Shown here: positions 40,226 to 51,491 of the stretch, one piece after another
Layout: the number at the start of each line of letters is the position of its first letter
Position numbering within the stretch: the first letter of the stretch is position 1
Assembly (NCBI GenBank): GCA_039810425.1
Contig: JBDHWW010000009.1
Location: forward strand, 19,446-83,445
DNA: 64,000 nt
Direction: 5' to 3'
DNA from: Pseudobdellovibrionaceae bacterium
GTDB lineage: Bacteria; Bdellovibrionota; Bdellovibrionia; Bdellovibrionales; Bdellovibrionaceae
Made by a program: the position numbers and the translations under genes
The notes under the pieces: generated by a model
The model's database searches: none
Told to the model about the DNA's origin: nothing
Seen by the model: only the letters and a program-made list of their open reading frames with translations

Positions 40226-41602
40226 CTAAATGCCTTCAAGAATCGATTTTTCAATGATCTTGATCGCAAGGTCAATTTCCGTGTCCTGAATAACCGCCGG
40301 AACCAAGAAACGAACGCGCACCGGATCTTTACCGCAAGTAAAGCCGATCAAACCATTCGCGTAGAACTTCTTCGTGAGTGCATCGACTTGTTCCTTCTTG
40401 CCGTCAAAGGGCGTGAAGGCGATCATTAAACCCATGCCGCCGGCGTCTTGGACCTTGCCTTTGCAAGTCGTTGCATTCAACTCGTTCAATTTTGAAATGA
40501 AGCGGTTGTGGATTTGCATGATACGCCCGTTTTTACCGAGGTATCCTTCTTGAAGCATATCAAGGATTTCAATACCAACACTCAACGAGGTTGACGAGCC
40601 TGAGAATGTACCGGCGATCAAACCAGGTTTTGGATTGTATTCTTCTGTGTAAAGAGTGCAGCCGACTTGGGCGGTTTTCGCCAAAGTGCAGATGTCAATG
40701 TATTGGCCGATACCCAGGGTTTCGAAAGCGAATAGTTCCCCTGTGCGGGTGAAAGTTTGCACCTCGTCCGCCCAAACAGCGATACCTTGTTCTCTGCAAA
40801 ACTCGAGCATTGGCACAAAGAACTCACGAGGTGCCGCTTGATAACCGCCCTCGCCGAGCATGGGCTCAAACGCAAACGCGCAGATATTTTTTCCGTGCTT
40901 TGCAACGTGCTCTTTCATTGTTGCAAGGGCCTTGGCACCGCTTTGTGGATCGTTCTTGTCGTAAAAAGGAATGCGCAGAACTTCGTTATAGTCTGGCAGG
41001 CCTTGTTTATAAGCGGGATTGTCCGTCACTTCGGCCATCATCGTTGAACGGCCGGCAAAGGCATTTTTGAAACTCATTACCAAGCGGGCCGGAGAATTTT
41101 TTTGACGTGCCATTTTAAGCGCACTTTCATTCGCCATCGTTCCACAAGTTGAAAGCCACGCATATTTCAAACGGCTGTTCTTGCCCGCCAGTTGTACGAT
41201 TTTCTCACTGAAGATTTCATACTCACGATTCGGCTGCAAGTTACCTTGAGTAATAATGTCAGAAATCGCGCCACGAACAGCGGCCTTCATCACGCGCGGG
41301 TTTCCGTGACCCATTAAGTGAATACCGATACCGTTAATCAAATCGAGTTTGACACTTCCATCTTCAAGTTCCACGAAAGGACCACGTCCCGCACCCGTCC
41401 CGACATAAGGATAGTGCAAAGGCCGACCACGGAATTGACCAACTTTATCGAACCACTTCTTTCCCGCGTCGACAAACTCCGGCTGAGGGGCTTGTGGTCC
41501 TTTGATTTGCTCATTAATATTCGTTACTTCTTGAACGAGATCTTTAATGAGACTTTCAACTTTTGGAGATTCCGCGATTTTACGCCCAACAAGAGAATTC
41601 AT
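40226..41602 (-). CDS. Class III PLP aminotransferase (ArgD/AstC-like)
   Basis: GT.ANE.ALK.AR, F.GRS, EP..GEGG, DEVQT..RTG, TLAK, GTFSG. Confidence 0.9.
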   Translation of the reverse strand: MNSLVGRKIAESPKVESLIKDLVQEVTNINEQIKGPQAPQPEFVDAGKKWFDKVGQFRGRPLHYPYVGTGAGRGPFVELEDGSVKLDLINGIGIHLMGHGNPRVMKAAVRGAISDIITQGNLQPNREYEIFSEKIVQLAGKNSRLKYAWLSTCGTMANESALKMARQKNSPARLVMSFKNAFAGRSTMMAEVTDNPAYKQGLPDYNEVLRIPFYDKNDPQSGAKALATMKEHVAKHGKNICAFAFEPMLGEGGYQAAPREFFVPMLEFCREQGIAVWADEVQTFTRTGELFAFETLGIGQYIDICTLAKTAQVGCTLYTEEYNPKPGLIAGTFSGSSTSLSVGIEILDMLQEGYLGKNGRIMQIHNRFISKLNELNATTCKGKVQDAGGMGLMIAFTPFDGKKEQVDALTKKFYANGLIGFTCGKDPVRVRFLVPAVIQDTEIDLAIKIIEKSILEGI

Positions 41603-41622
41603 TTTTAACCTTCCATTGGTAA

Positions 41623-41650
41623 TTGACTGATTTTCGCAGTTTAGTACAAT
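41623..41650 (+). promoter_or_regulatory. Putative sigma70 promoter (near-leaderless) for the TPR-bamD operon
   Basis: TTGACT-N16-TACAAT ending 9 bp before ATG 41660. Confidence 0.45.
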
Positions 41651-41659
41651 TTCCCAATC

Positions 41660-42556
41660 ATGTCTTTGTTATTAAAAGTTCTATTTATATTCCTGGCTTT
41701 CATACCATCAGTCTACGCTGAAGAACCAGCAACGACGCAGCCCACAGCCGTCGAGCGTGAGGCGGGGACAACTAACGCTGCACCTCAAGACAAAAGCCCC
41801 GAAGTTCCTGCAGCGTCCGCACCTGAGCTGAGCTTTGAAGAATACTTCGGTCGCGGCACAAAGAGTTATCAAGAGAAGAAGTTCGAAGACGCGACTCTGA
41901 ATTTCGAAAAAGCTCTGGACCTTCATCCGGATAGCGCCACCGTGTTAACGGATTTGGGTCTTAGCTACTTCCAATTGCAAAAGAAGGGCTTGTCGGTTGC
42001 CATGTTCCGACGCGCCCTTTACGTCGACCCGTCCCAAACAGTTGCGGAAGCGGCTCTGAAATTTGTCTTATCCCAGCTAGAGGTCAAAGAAATCCCCCAC
42101 CAAATAGAAACTTATGAGCGCCTTCGCTCGTCAGTTCTGAATTCCTCATCGCTGAGCGGCTTTCACATTTTGACGGTACTCTCGCTGTTTAGCTGCGGTT
42201 TCATTTGGCTCCGTTTTTTGGGACGCCGTCGCAAAGCTTTTGAAGAAGAACAGGCTCCTCCTAACACGCCGGCCATCGGTTTATTGTTGGGATTAATTCT
42301 TATTCTTTCACTTTCCTTCACACTTTTGAAAATTTACGATCTCACGGTCCCGCGCGCCACCATCATTGCCGACAAAGTCAGTGCTCAAACAGCCCCTGGT
42401 GAGGGCCAAACCGGGCTTTTTGACCTCTACGCCGGTTTTGAGGTGATTGTCAGAAATGCCGCAAATGATTGGATTCAGGTCAGCTACCCGGGCGGACTCA
42501 CCGGTTGGGTGAAAAAAGACAGCCTGATGAGCACTTCCGGCAAAAATGCCTTTTGA
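41660..42556 (+). CDS. TPR + two TM + SH3 protein (BatE-like)
   Basis: Signal peptide, TPR pair, two TM helices, C-terminal W.QV....G.TGWV SH3 domain. Confidence 0.8.
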   Translation: MSLLLKVLFIFLAFIPSVYAEEPATTQPTAVEREAGTTNAAPQDKSPEVPAASAPELSFEEYFGRGTKSYQEKKFEDATLNFEKALDLHPDSATVLTDLGLSYFQLQKKGLSVAMFRRALYVDPSQTVAEAALKFVLSQLEVKEIPHQIETYERLRSSVLNSSSLSGFHILTVLSLFSCGFIWLRFLGRRRKAFEEEQAPPNTPAIGLLLGLILILSLSFTLLKIYDLTVPRATIIADKVSAQTAPGEGQTGLFDLYAGFEVIVRNAANDWIQVSYPGGLTGWVKKDSLMSTSGKNAF

Positions 42557-42590
42557 CTCGACTGGGGGCCCTTATTAAACTCAGGGCCTT

Positions 42591-43355
42591 ATGATGCAAA
42601 CACGCAGATTTATTCCATTTTTGTTAAACAGCCTGATCGCAAGCTTTATGGTTTTTTCCGGCCTTCTGGCCTGCTCAACCATGGATAAAAATAGTGACAC
42701 TCCCGAAGGTGCTTACGGCATCGCGGAAGAGTTCGATAAAGACGAACGCTATGAAGAAGCCATTCGTCGCTACACCGAGGTAAAGAACAAATTCCCTTAC
42801 AGCAACTTTGCGACAAAAGCGGAATTATCCATCGCGGATGTCTATTTCAAGCAAGAATCTTATCCAGAAGCACAAGTGAGCTATCAAGCCTTCCGCGAGC
42901 TTCACCCAAAGCACCCGCAGATTGATTACGTCATGTATCGCATCGGTATGAGCTACTACAATCAGTTACCAACAAGCTTGGATCGGGATTTGACAGTGGC
43001 TCACGAAGTTCTCGCAAGCTTTGATGACTTGATGAAACGCTTTCCAAACTCCCAGTACATCAACGAGGCGGCCGACAAAAAGTTAGAAACGTTGAAAATG
43101 CTTGCCGGGAAAGAGGAGTACATCGCAGCTTTCTATTTCAAACGCGAAATGTACGACAGTGCTTTGCCTCGCTATGAAGGTCTGGCTGCGAAATACCCGA
43201 AACTCGGCTTTGATGAAAAAGCGCTTTACGGCGCCGCAGTCAGTGCCAACAAGATCGGTGATTCTTTCAAAGCGAAAAAGTACTTGAACGAATTATTGGC
43301 CAAGTTCCCGAATTCGTCTGAGACAAAAAGTGCGGCAAAGGAAATTAAGCTATGA
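42591..43355 (+). CDS. bamD: Outer membrane protein assembly lipoprotein BamD
   Basis: Lipobox LLAC; FPYS.FA..AEL, F..LHP.HP..DY..Y, DRD, FPNS.Y, IA.FY. Confidence 0.9.
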   Translation: MMQTRRFIPFLLNSLIASFMVFSGLLACSTMDKNSDTPEGAYGIAEEFDKDERYEEAIRRYTEVKNKFPYSNFATKAELSIADVYFKQESYPEAQVSYQAFRELHPKHPQIDYVMYRIGMSYYNQLPTSLDRDLTVAHEVLASFDDLMKRFPNSQYINEAADKKLETLKMLAGKEEYIAAFYFKREMYDSALPRYEGLAAKYPKLGFDEKALYGAAVSANKIGDSFKAKKYLNELLAKFPNSSETKSAAKEIKL

Positions 43356-44074
43356 AATCTTTGAATGATGACATGCTGGCCGAGGCCCGCGAGTACTTTA
43401 TCGACGGCAACTACAAAATGGCGGAGCCGATTTTGCAGCAAATGCTTTTGCAAAACACCCGTAATCCAGAAGTTTACCAAATGCTGGCAACGATCTATTA
43501 CGATAAAGGCCAGTTCAGCAAAGCGATTAAGACTTTCAAGCGCGCCCTTGAAATCGATCCAACTTACACCGACGCCAGCGTCGGTCTTTCGATCATCTTG
43601 AATGACTTAGGCAAATACGAAGAGGGCAAAGAAGTCTTCACCGATGCCCAGAACCAGCTCGAAAAGAAAAGTGGCAAGAATGATCCCTTTATCGAGGAAA
43701 AACTTTCTTCGAAACACGAAGAACTCGCGGATTTGTACTTCCAATACAAACGTTACAACGAAGCCCTCGAACAGCTCCTCAAAGCACAGAGGCTTTCGAC
43801 CCGTAAAGCTGAAATCACAATGCGTATCTCAGAGGTCTATGTCCAATTGGGACAAACTGAGCGCGCCATTAAGGATCTTCGCGCGTTGATTCGCGAGTAC
43901 CCACACTTTATTCCAGCCCGCCTAAAGCTCGGAGTTATCTATTACAACTCGAACAATATTGCTGAGGCCACCGAGCAATGGGAGAATATTTTGATGCGGG
44001 ATCCGCAACATCCTGAAGCATTGAAATATTTGAAAATGGCACAAGCAGCTGGCATAACGTCCATCGAACTGTAG
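43352..44074 (+). CDS. Tetratricopeptide repeat protein
   Basis: Multiple TPR motifs (A...F..AL..DP); ATGA-coupled to bamD. Confidence 0.85.
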   Translation: MKSLNDDMLAEAREYFIDGNYKMAEPILQQMLLQNTRNPEVYQMLATIYYDKGQFSKAIKTFKRALEIDPTYTDASVGLSIILNDLGKYEEGKEVFTDAQNQLEKKSGKNDPFIEEKLSSKHEELADLYFQYKRYNEALEQLLKAQRLSTRKAEITMRISEVYVQLGQTERAIKDLRALIREYPHFIPARLKLGVIYYNSNNIAEATEQWENILMRDPQHPEALKYLKMAQAAGITSIEL

Positions 44075-44086
44075 AGGCAAAAGACT

Positions 44087-44605
44087 ATGGGACAAATTAA
44101 AAACGAAATGGTTCCTTTTATCACCCGCGAAGAAATCGCTGAGCTTGTTGAGGGCCTGGCACAACAGATCGAGTATGATTACGAAGGCAAAGAGATCGTT
44201 TTCATTTGCCCGCTTCGCGGATCTGTTCATTTGACAGCTGATTTAATGAGGCAAGTGGATTTGCCCCAGCAGGTGGACTTCGTCTACGTCAAAGCCGTTG
44301 AAAAAGGCGGCGCCATCAAAATCGTAAAAGACATCTCAGTGAATATTGCCGGTAAACACGTGATCATCGTGGAAGAAATCATCGATACAGGCCGCACTCT
44401 GAGCTTCCTTAGAAACCGTTTGTTCGCTTCAGCGCCGGCATCACTCAAAATCGTCACCCTCTTGGATAAGCCCGCACGCCGCGAACTTCCTATTAAAGCC
44501 GATTACATTGGTAAAACCATCGATGATCGTTATGTTGTGGGATATGGTATGGATTCCGAAGAGCTGGGGCGTAACTATCCGGACATCTATCACCTTAAGA
44601 ACTAA
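44087..44605 (+). CDS. hpt: Hypoxanthine phosphoribosyltransferase homolog (atypical motifs)
   Basis: L.G...L.ADL.R, VIIVEEIIDTGRTL, LLDKP.RR, VVGYG.D..E..RN.P.I. Confidence 0.8.
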   Translation: MGQIKNEMVPFITREEIAELVEGLAQQIEYDYEGKEIVFICPLRGSVHLTADLMRQVDLPQQVDFVYVKAVEKGGAIKIVKDISVNIAGKHVIIVEEIIDTGRTLSFLRNRLFASAPASLKIVTLLDKPARRELPIKADYIGKTIDDRYVVGYGMDSEELGRNYPDIYHLKN

Positions 44606-44619
44606 GGTGCGTTGGAAGA

Positions 44620-44694
44620 CTAGCTAACAGCGACGTTCACTAAAAATAAGGCAACGACACAAACTACGTAGAGCACGACAAGCTGCTTTGACAT
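44620..44694 (-). CDS. Putative 24-aa single-TM small protein
   Basis: Not in the ORF track. MSKQLVVLYVVCVVALFLVNVAVS*; AAGGAGAAGGA ends 6 nt before the ATG. Confidence 0.5.
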   Translation of the reverse strand: MSKQLVVLYVVCVVALFLVNVAVS

Positions 44695-44851
44695 TTCTTT
44701 TCCTTCTCCTTGAGACATTCGTTTCCACATACTCTAAATGGGCAAATTTTTCCCGTCAATAGGTCGTGTCGACAAAAGGCTAGAGGGTTCATCACAAAAC
44801 TGTATCGAGTTGAGACAATCTAACATTTCTTCTTATAAGGCAAGACCCTCT

Positions 44852-44878
44852 TAAGATAATCTCGAAATAAGCCGATAG
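44852..44878 (+). promoter_or_regulatory. sigma28 (FliA) promoter of the flp/tad operon
   Basis: TAAG-N15-GCCGATAG ending 21 bp before the flp ATG. Confidence 0.75.
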
Positions 44879-44899
44879 TCATAGCATAGGGGGAACACT

Positions 44900-45082
44900 A
44901 TGAAGTTCAAATCTTTCTCTAAAAAGTTGTTCAAAAATCAACGTGGCCAAGGCGCAACTGAGTATATCTTACTTCTCGTTGTGGTCGTTGCCCTGGTTGT
45001 GATGTTCAAAAATCAAATTAAAACAGCTATGGAAGGGCAGATCGAAACCCTTAAAGGTAAAATTAGCGAAGTCAATCAGTAG
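44900..45082 (+). CDS. flp: Flp/Tad major pilin
   Basis: Basic leader, then G|QGATEY followed by a hydrophobic helix (Flp G-x4-EY motif). Confidence 0.92.
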   Translation: MKFKSFSKKLFKNQRGQGATEYILLLVVVVALVVMFKNQIKTAMEGQIETLKGKISEVNQ

Positions 45083-45097
45083 ACTTAGTAGGTTCAT

Positions 45098-45289
45098 GTG
45101 ACCATCGAGTACATTCTTCTTATGATCGCGGTGTTTTTCATCGGGCTTAAATTTTTTTCAGGAGCTCCTCAGGAGGCTTTTAAAAAATCGGGCCCGGTTC
45201 TTGGCATGCGCGTAGAGAAACAACTCATTACGGGCGATGGTTTCAAGCCAAACGGTGAAGACAGAAACAAGTGGGAAACCGAACAATAA
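45098..45289 (+). CDS. Flp-like pilin lacking a leader peptide
   Basis: GTG-TIEYILLMIAVFF; in-frame stop codons lie immediately upstream. Confidence 0.7.
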   Translation: MTIEYILLMIAVFFIGLKFFSGAPQEAFKKSGPVLGMRVEKQLITGDGFKPNGEDRNKWETEQ

Positions 45290-45307
45290 CTTTCAGGGGT
45301 CTTGAGT

Positions 45308-45574
45308 ATGAAAATGAACTCTGGAAAAAACCTCCTGAAAAATGCGCACGGACAATTCGTTATCGAAGCCGTGTTACTGATGACCGTGTCCATCAGCCTT
45401 TTGCTTTTTGGCCTGCGCTTTTTGAAAGAAAACAAGGCCCTGGCGACCCTCGTTTCCGGTCCATGGGAAAAAACCGCCGGCATGATTGAAAGCGGTGTTT
45501 GGAAACCCGCAGAGGAAGCGGCAAAAAAACATCCAAACCAAGCCGAACGGGGTTTGAGCTTGGACCCAAAATAG
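45308..45574 (+). CDS. TadE-like minor pilin
   Basis: KNAHG|QFVIEAVLL prepilin motif. Confidence 0.8.
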   Translation: MKMNSGKNLLKNAHGQFVIEAVLLMTVSISLLLFGLRFLKENKALATLVSGPWEKTAGMIESGVWKPAEEAAKKHPNQAERGLSLDPK

Positions 45575-45581
45575 GTGACTT

Positions 45582-46235
45582 ATGAATTTGGGCATTGGAA
45601 ATGGAAATCCAGCAAACGCACTTCACAACTCGAAAGGCTTCCTTTCAGCTGATTTCCTGTTCTCAATCGTCATCGCCTGCTGCCTTTGCGCCGTCTTCTT
45701 CTCTCTTAGCTTTACTCTTTCCATGGTCGAGGTCGGCCAGTACATCGCCTTCTCGGTATCGCGGGCTCACGCTGCTGGTCACAAAACCCAAGACGATCAA
45801 GAGAAAGCGGCAAAAGATAAATTCACTTCATTGCAGAAAAACAAAGTCCTGGCTCCTCTTTTCAACAATGGCTGGTTTGAAATCGGCAACCTCGATATCC
45901 GTGGTGGTGGCGCAAGTGGCAAGGACTTCACGGATCGCTATCCGAAGCCACCTGATAGCACCCGCGGTATTCCCCAAGTGGGTATCCGTTTGAGCTTCGA
46001 AGCAAAACTACTCGATCTGAAAGTTCCTCTTTTGGGTCCGACGGATCCAAGTGGCAATGGCTTTAAGGCCTTCCTGACCGGCATGATGATTCGTGAACCC
46101 ACTTCGAAGGAGTGCCGCGATCAGTTTAAGAACGACCGCTATAGAGCGATCTTGCAGCTGGATAAGCGCTTTGATCGCATCGCCGGCTCTGCCAGCCGAT
46201 CGGACTATATTCCGATGGAGGACAACGGATGCTAG
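45582..46235 (+). CDS. Tad minor pilin-like protein
   Basis: NSKG|FLSADFLF (Asp at +5), then a hydrophobic helix and A....RA; C-terminal DNGC. Confidence 0.7.
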   Translation: MNLGIGNGNPANALHNSKGFLSADFLFSIVIACCLCAVFFSLSFTLSMVEVGQYIAFSVSRAHAAGHKTQDDQEKAAKDKFTSLQKNKVLAPLFNNGWFEIGNLDIRGGGASGKDFTDRYPKPPDSTRGIPQVGIRLSFEAKLLDLKVPLLGPTDPSGNGFKAFLTGMMIREPTSKECRDQFKNDRYRAILQLDKRFDRIAGSASRSDYIPMEDNGC

Positions 46236-46723
46236 CCACTAAGCCCCGCCGACAACAAAGTCTAAAACATCAGAGAGGTATGGCGATCATGGAGTTAATT
46301 CCAATTATGATCATCATTCTCCTTTTATTTAACTTCTCGATCGGTTTTTTTGGCGTCATTCACACGGGTATCTTGAATTCGATGTCCGCACGCAACTACG
46401 CGTTTGAGACTTTCCGTCATCGTTCAAATCTGACCTATTTCCGTGAAAACGTGAGTACTGACATCATCAGTTACAAAGATACGGGCTTGCGTATTCATGC
46501 GACTGTCAGTGAAAACAAAAAAGGCGATCAGTTGTTCGTCGCAACTCTACGTCCGATTGATTTTATGTCTAAAACCGATACGACCGGGAACTCAGATTTG
46601 CACAACTCTAGAATCTATGACGCTGTCGATGGCAAGCGCTACACTGCCGGAGGTGGGGTGGCGCCGGTTTGGGTGCGACCCCAATACGGCATCTGTTTGA
46701 ATACTAAGTGTGGGAAAAAGTAA
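46229..46723 (+). CDS. TadE/TadG-like minor pilin
   Basis: HQRG|MAIMELIP, hydrophobic helix, SARNYAF. Confidence 0.78.
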   Translation: MLATKPRRQQSLKHQRGMAIMELIPIMIIILLLFNFSIGFFGVIHTGILNSMSARNYAFETFRHRSNLTYFRENVSTDIISYKDTGLRIHATVSENKKGDQLFVATLRPIDFMSKTDTTGNSDLHNSRIYDAVDGKRYTAGGGVAPVWVRPQYGICLNTKCGKK

Positions 46724-46732
46724 GGGGACTTT

Positions 46733-47626
46733 ATGGGCTCGAATGAAACAAGAAATCTATGGCTCTCTATAGCCGCCGGTGTTTTCGCCGCTTTCCTTCT
46801 CTATAGCTGGTCTCAAGAGAAGCGCTCCGAATACAATAAAAAGTATGGTTCCCTGAAAACAGTCGTCGTTGCGAAGGAAGACATCGTCGAGATGGGTACG
46901 GTTTACGATACAATGCTCACGACGATTGAAAGGCCCAGCGAGTTCGTAGATCCAGATGCTGTCTCAAATCCAGACGAAGTTGTTGGGAACGTTGCGGCGA
47001 TCCCGATTAAAAAGGGCCAGGTCGTTCTCAAGAACAGCTTGCTCACGCCGGGCCCAGACACTGGGATCTCTTTACAAGTCGCGCCTAGCAAGCGTGCTAT
47101 TGCAATCCCAGTTGATGAAGTTCGCGGTGTCTCAAAATTAGTACGCCCCGGAGATCGCATCGACATTCTTGCCGCCGTCGACACTGGTAAGGGCGTAAAT
47201 CAGAGAAGAGAAGTTCAGACGCTCATGCAAGATGTCGTAGTTTTAGCCACTGGTGTAAACGTAATGAACAACATCCCTCGTGTATTCGAGTTGGATTCAA
47301 GCGGTAAGAATTTGAGTCAAATTGCTCTCACAAGTGACACAAAATATAGTACAATTACGGTAGAGGCGAATCAAAAAGAGGCCCAAGATCTGGTTTATAT
47401 TTTATCAACTGCTCCAGGGAATATTTACCTGACCTTGAGAAATCCAAACGATCGTACGATTCCACCACGCTTGCCAAGCTCTAGTGCGGAAAGCGTGTTA
47501 GGAAAACCGGTCGTGAACATGGATGCACCCGCGACTCCGGTTGCTCCACCTGTCGTGATGCCGCCTGCACCTGCGCCACGTGTGGCGCCGCCGACACAAA
47601 GACGCAATGGATTCAAGACTCTGTAG
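46733..47626 (+). CDS. cpaB: Flp pilus assembly protein CpaB/RcpC
   Basis: VVVAK.DI (SAF domain), RAIAIPVD...GV...VRPGDRIDI, LMQDV.VLA.G. Confidence 0.93.
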   Translation: MGSNETRNLWLSIAAGVFAAFLLYSWSQEKRSEYNKKYGSLKTVVVAKEDIVEMGTVYDTMLTTIERPSEFVDPDAVSNPDEVVGNVAAIPIKKGQVVLKNSLLTPGPDTGISLQVAPSKRAIAIPVDEVRGVSKLVRPGDRIDILAAVDTGKGVNQRREVQTLMQDVVVLATGVNVMNNIPRVFELDSSGKNLSQIALTSDTKYSTITVEANQKEAQDLVYILSTAPGNIYLTLRNPNDRTIPPRLPSSSAESVLGKPVVNMDAPATPVAPPVVMPPAPAPRVAPPTQRRNGFKTL

Positions 47627-47654
47627 ATCCATTGGGGAGATGAGGGGGATATTT

Positions 47655-49163
47655 ATGAAGCTGAAGTACTTGTTAGGACTCGTCCTCGTTCTATCGTTTC
47701 AATTTGCCTTCGCCGTTGATACGGATGATGATGGACAATCCGAGGAAACAAAATTCCGTTCCCGCACTTTCGTCAATTTGACCCTGGGTATTGAGCAGGA
47801 TGAGAAACTTCCGCCTTTGCCTGAGAACGTCGAATTCAAAGGCGACTTCCGTCGTATCGTGACAGCCGCCCACTCCAAAGAACTCAACGTGATTCGTTTG
47901 ACACCGAAAGCCGAAGGCTTTGCGACAATGACGATTCACGATAAGAAAACCGGTAAAATCGTAGCCGAGTTCCGGATCGACGTGAAGAAATCAAAGCTCG
48001 ATAAAGTCGTCAAAGAAATCCGCGCTCTTCTTGGTGATATCGAAGGCATCACCATCAAAGTTGTAAATAACAAAGTTGTTGTCGACGGCCAGATTCTTTT
48101 GCCACGCGACCTCAGCCGTATCTACAACGTGATCCAACAGTTCGGTGACCAGGCTTCGTCGTTGGTAACGCTGAGCCCACTCGCGCAAAAGAAAATCGCT
48201 GAATTCATTTCCCGTGATATCAACAATCCAGAAATCGAAGTTCGCGCGGTAAATGACAAGTTCATCTTGCAAGGTTACGCAAACTCTGATGACGAGCGCG
48301 GCCGTGCTGAAATTATTGCCAAAACTTACGTTCCCGACATCATCGTTGAAGCCGCCGAAGAAAAAGGCGTTATTAAAAAGCGTAAACCGGCAAACGATGG
48401 CGTAATCAACTTGATTTCTGTGAAAGAGCAAGCGCCACCGCCTCCTTCAAAAATGATCCAGTTGGTTGTTCATTACGTGGAACTCAACAAAGACTATTCG
48501 AAAGCTTTCAAGTTCCAGTTCACTCCGCAATTGGATGATGGTTCACAACTACAATTTCAAACCGGCTCTTCTGCTGCCGGGGGTGTTGTGAGTTCTTTGA
48601 CGGGTGTCGTATCGAATCTTTTGCCCAAATTAACTTGGGCGAAAGAGCACGGTCATGCCCGCATCTTGGAAAGTACAAGCTTGATCATCCAAGACGGTAA
48701 AAAAGGCGAGATTAAGCAATTAACAAATATGCCTTACTCGATCATCGGTAAAGATGGTCAACCGGGGACGGCCTTTGCTGAAGTCGGTATCAAATCTTCG
48801 ATCACACCGGTGATCTTAGGTGAAAAATCCGGCAGCGTGCACATGGACATGGACTTCGCGTTGAGCAACTTGTTAGGCTCCGGCCAAAACGGCGCCCCAA
48901 TTACAAGTTCAAACTCGATCCTATCAACTGTGGTTATCCGTGACCGGCAGAGTGCCGCGATCGGCGGTTTGATCCGCAATGCTTCTTCGACTGGTTACAA
49001 TCGTATGCCAAGCGACGTAAAGAATCCGATTGTGAGTTTGTACGCGTCTAAGAGCTTCCAGCGCAATCAAAGCCAATTCGTCGTTTTCGTAACCCCGGTT
49101 GTCAAAACGTCTGCGAGCGCCGGCGCCGAGCAAATCAAAAAGAAGTTCCGTCTTAGAGACTAA
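47655..49163 (+). CDS. cpaC: Tad secretin CpaC/RcpA with BON domains
   Basis: Signal peptide, BON-like repeats, G.ARIL, AIGGL, S..FQ...S.FVVFVTP secretin motifs. Confidence 0.88.
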   Translation: MKLKYLLGLVLVLSFQFAFAVDTDDDGQSEETKFRSRTFVNLTLGIEQDEKLPPLPENVEFKGDFRRIVTAAHSKELNVIRLTPKAEGFATMTIHDKKTGKIVAEFRIDVKKSKLDKVVKEIRALLGDIEGITIKVVNNKVVVDGQILLPRDLSRIYNVIQQFGDQASSLVTLSPLAQKKIAEFISRDINNPEIEVRAVNDKFILQGYANSDDERGRAEIIAKTYVPDIIVEAAEEKGVIKKRKPANDGVINLISVKEQAPPPPSKMIQLVVHYVELNKDYSKAFKFQFTPQLDDGSQLQFQTGSSAAGGVVSSLTGVVSNLLPKLTWAKEHGHARILESTSLIIQDGKKGEIKQLTNMPYSIIGKDGQPGTAFAEVGIKSSITPVILGEKSGSVHMDMDFALSNLLGSGQNGAPITSSNSILSTVVIRDRQSAAIGGLIRNASSTGYNRMPSDVKNPIVSLYASKSFQRNQSQFVVFVTPVVKTSASAGAEQIKKKFRLRD

Positions 49164-49171
49164 TAATACTC

Positions 49172-49223
49172 AGACCAAAGCCTAGAGTCCTGACTAGGGT
49201 CGGACCTAGTCGCTTCCTGGTCT
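49172..49223 (+). other. Intercistronic stem-loop between the secretin and ATPase genes
   Basis: GACTAGG-GTCGGA-CCTAGTC (49192-49211) enclosed by AGACCA...TGGTCT; no U tract. Confidence 0.45.
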
Positions 49224-49266
49224 TATTAAAGGTCCCGCTAATTCCGATAAGTATTTCGGAGGACTC

Positions 49267-51477
<2,211 letters not shown>

Positions 51478-51491
51478 GAAGGAGGACTCGG

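Noticed and set aside
44838..44853. sigma54 promoter for flp (AGGCAAG...)
   Set aside because: No GC at the -12 position; the FliA-type match explains the region better.
45080..45098. Stop-codon read-through fusing flp to the next in-frame pilin
   Set aside because: Three TAG codons lie in frame, so read-through is implausible.
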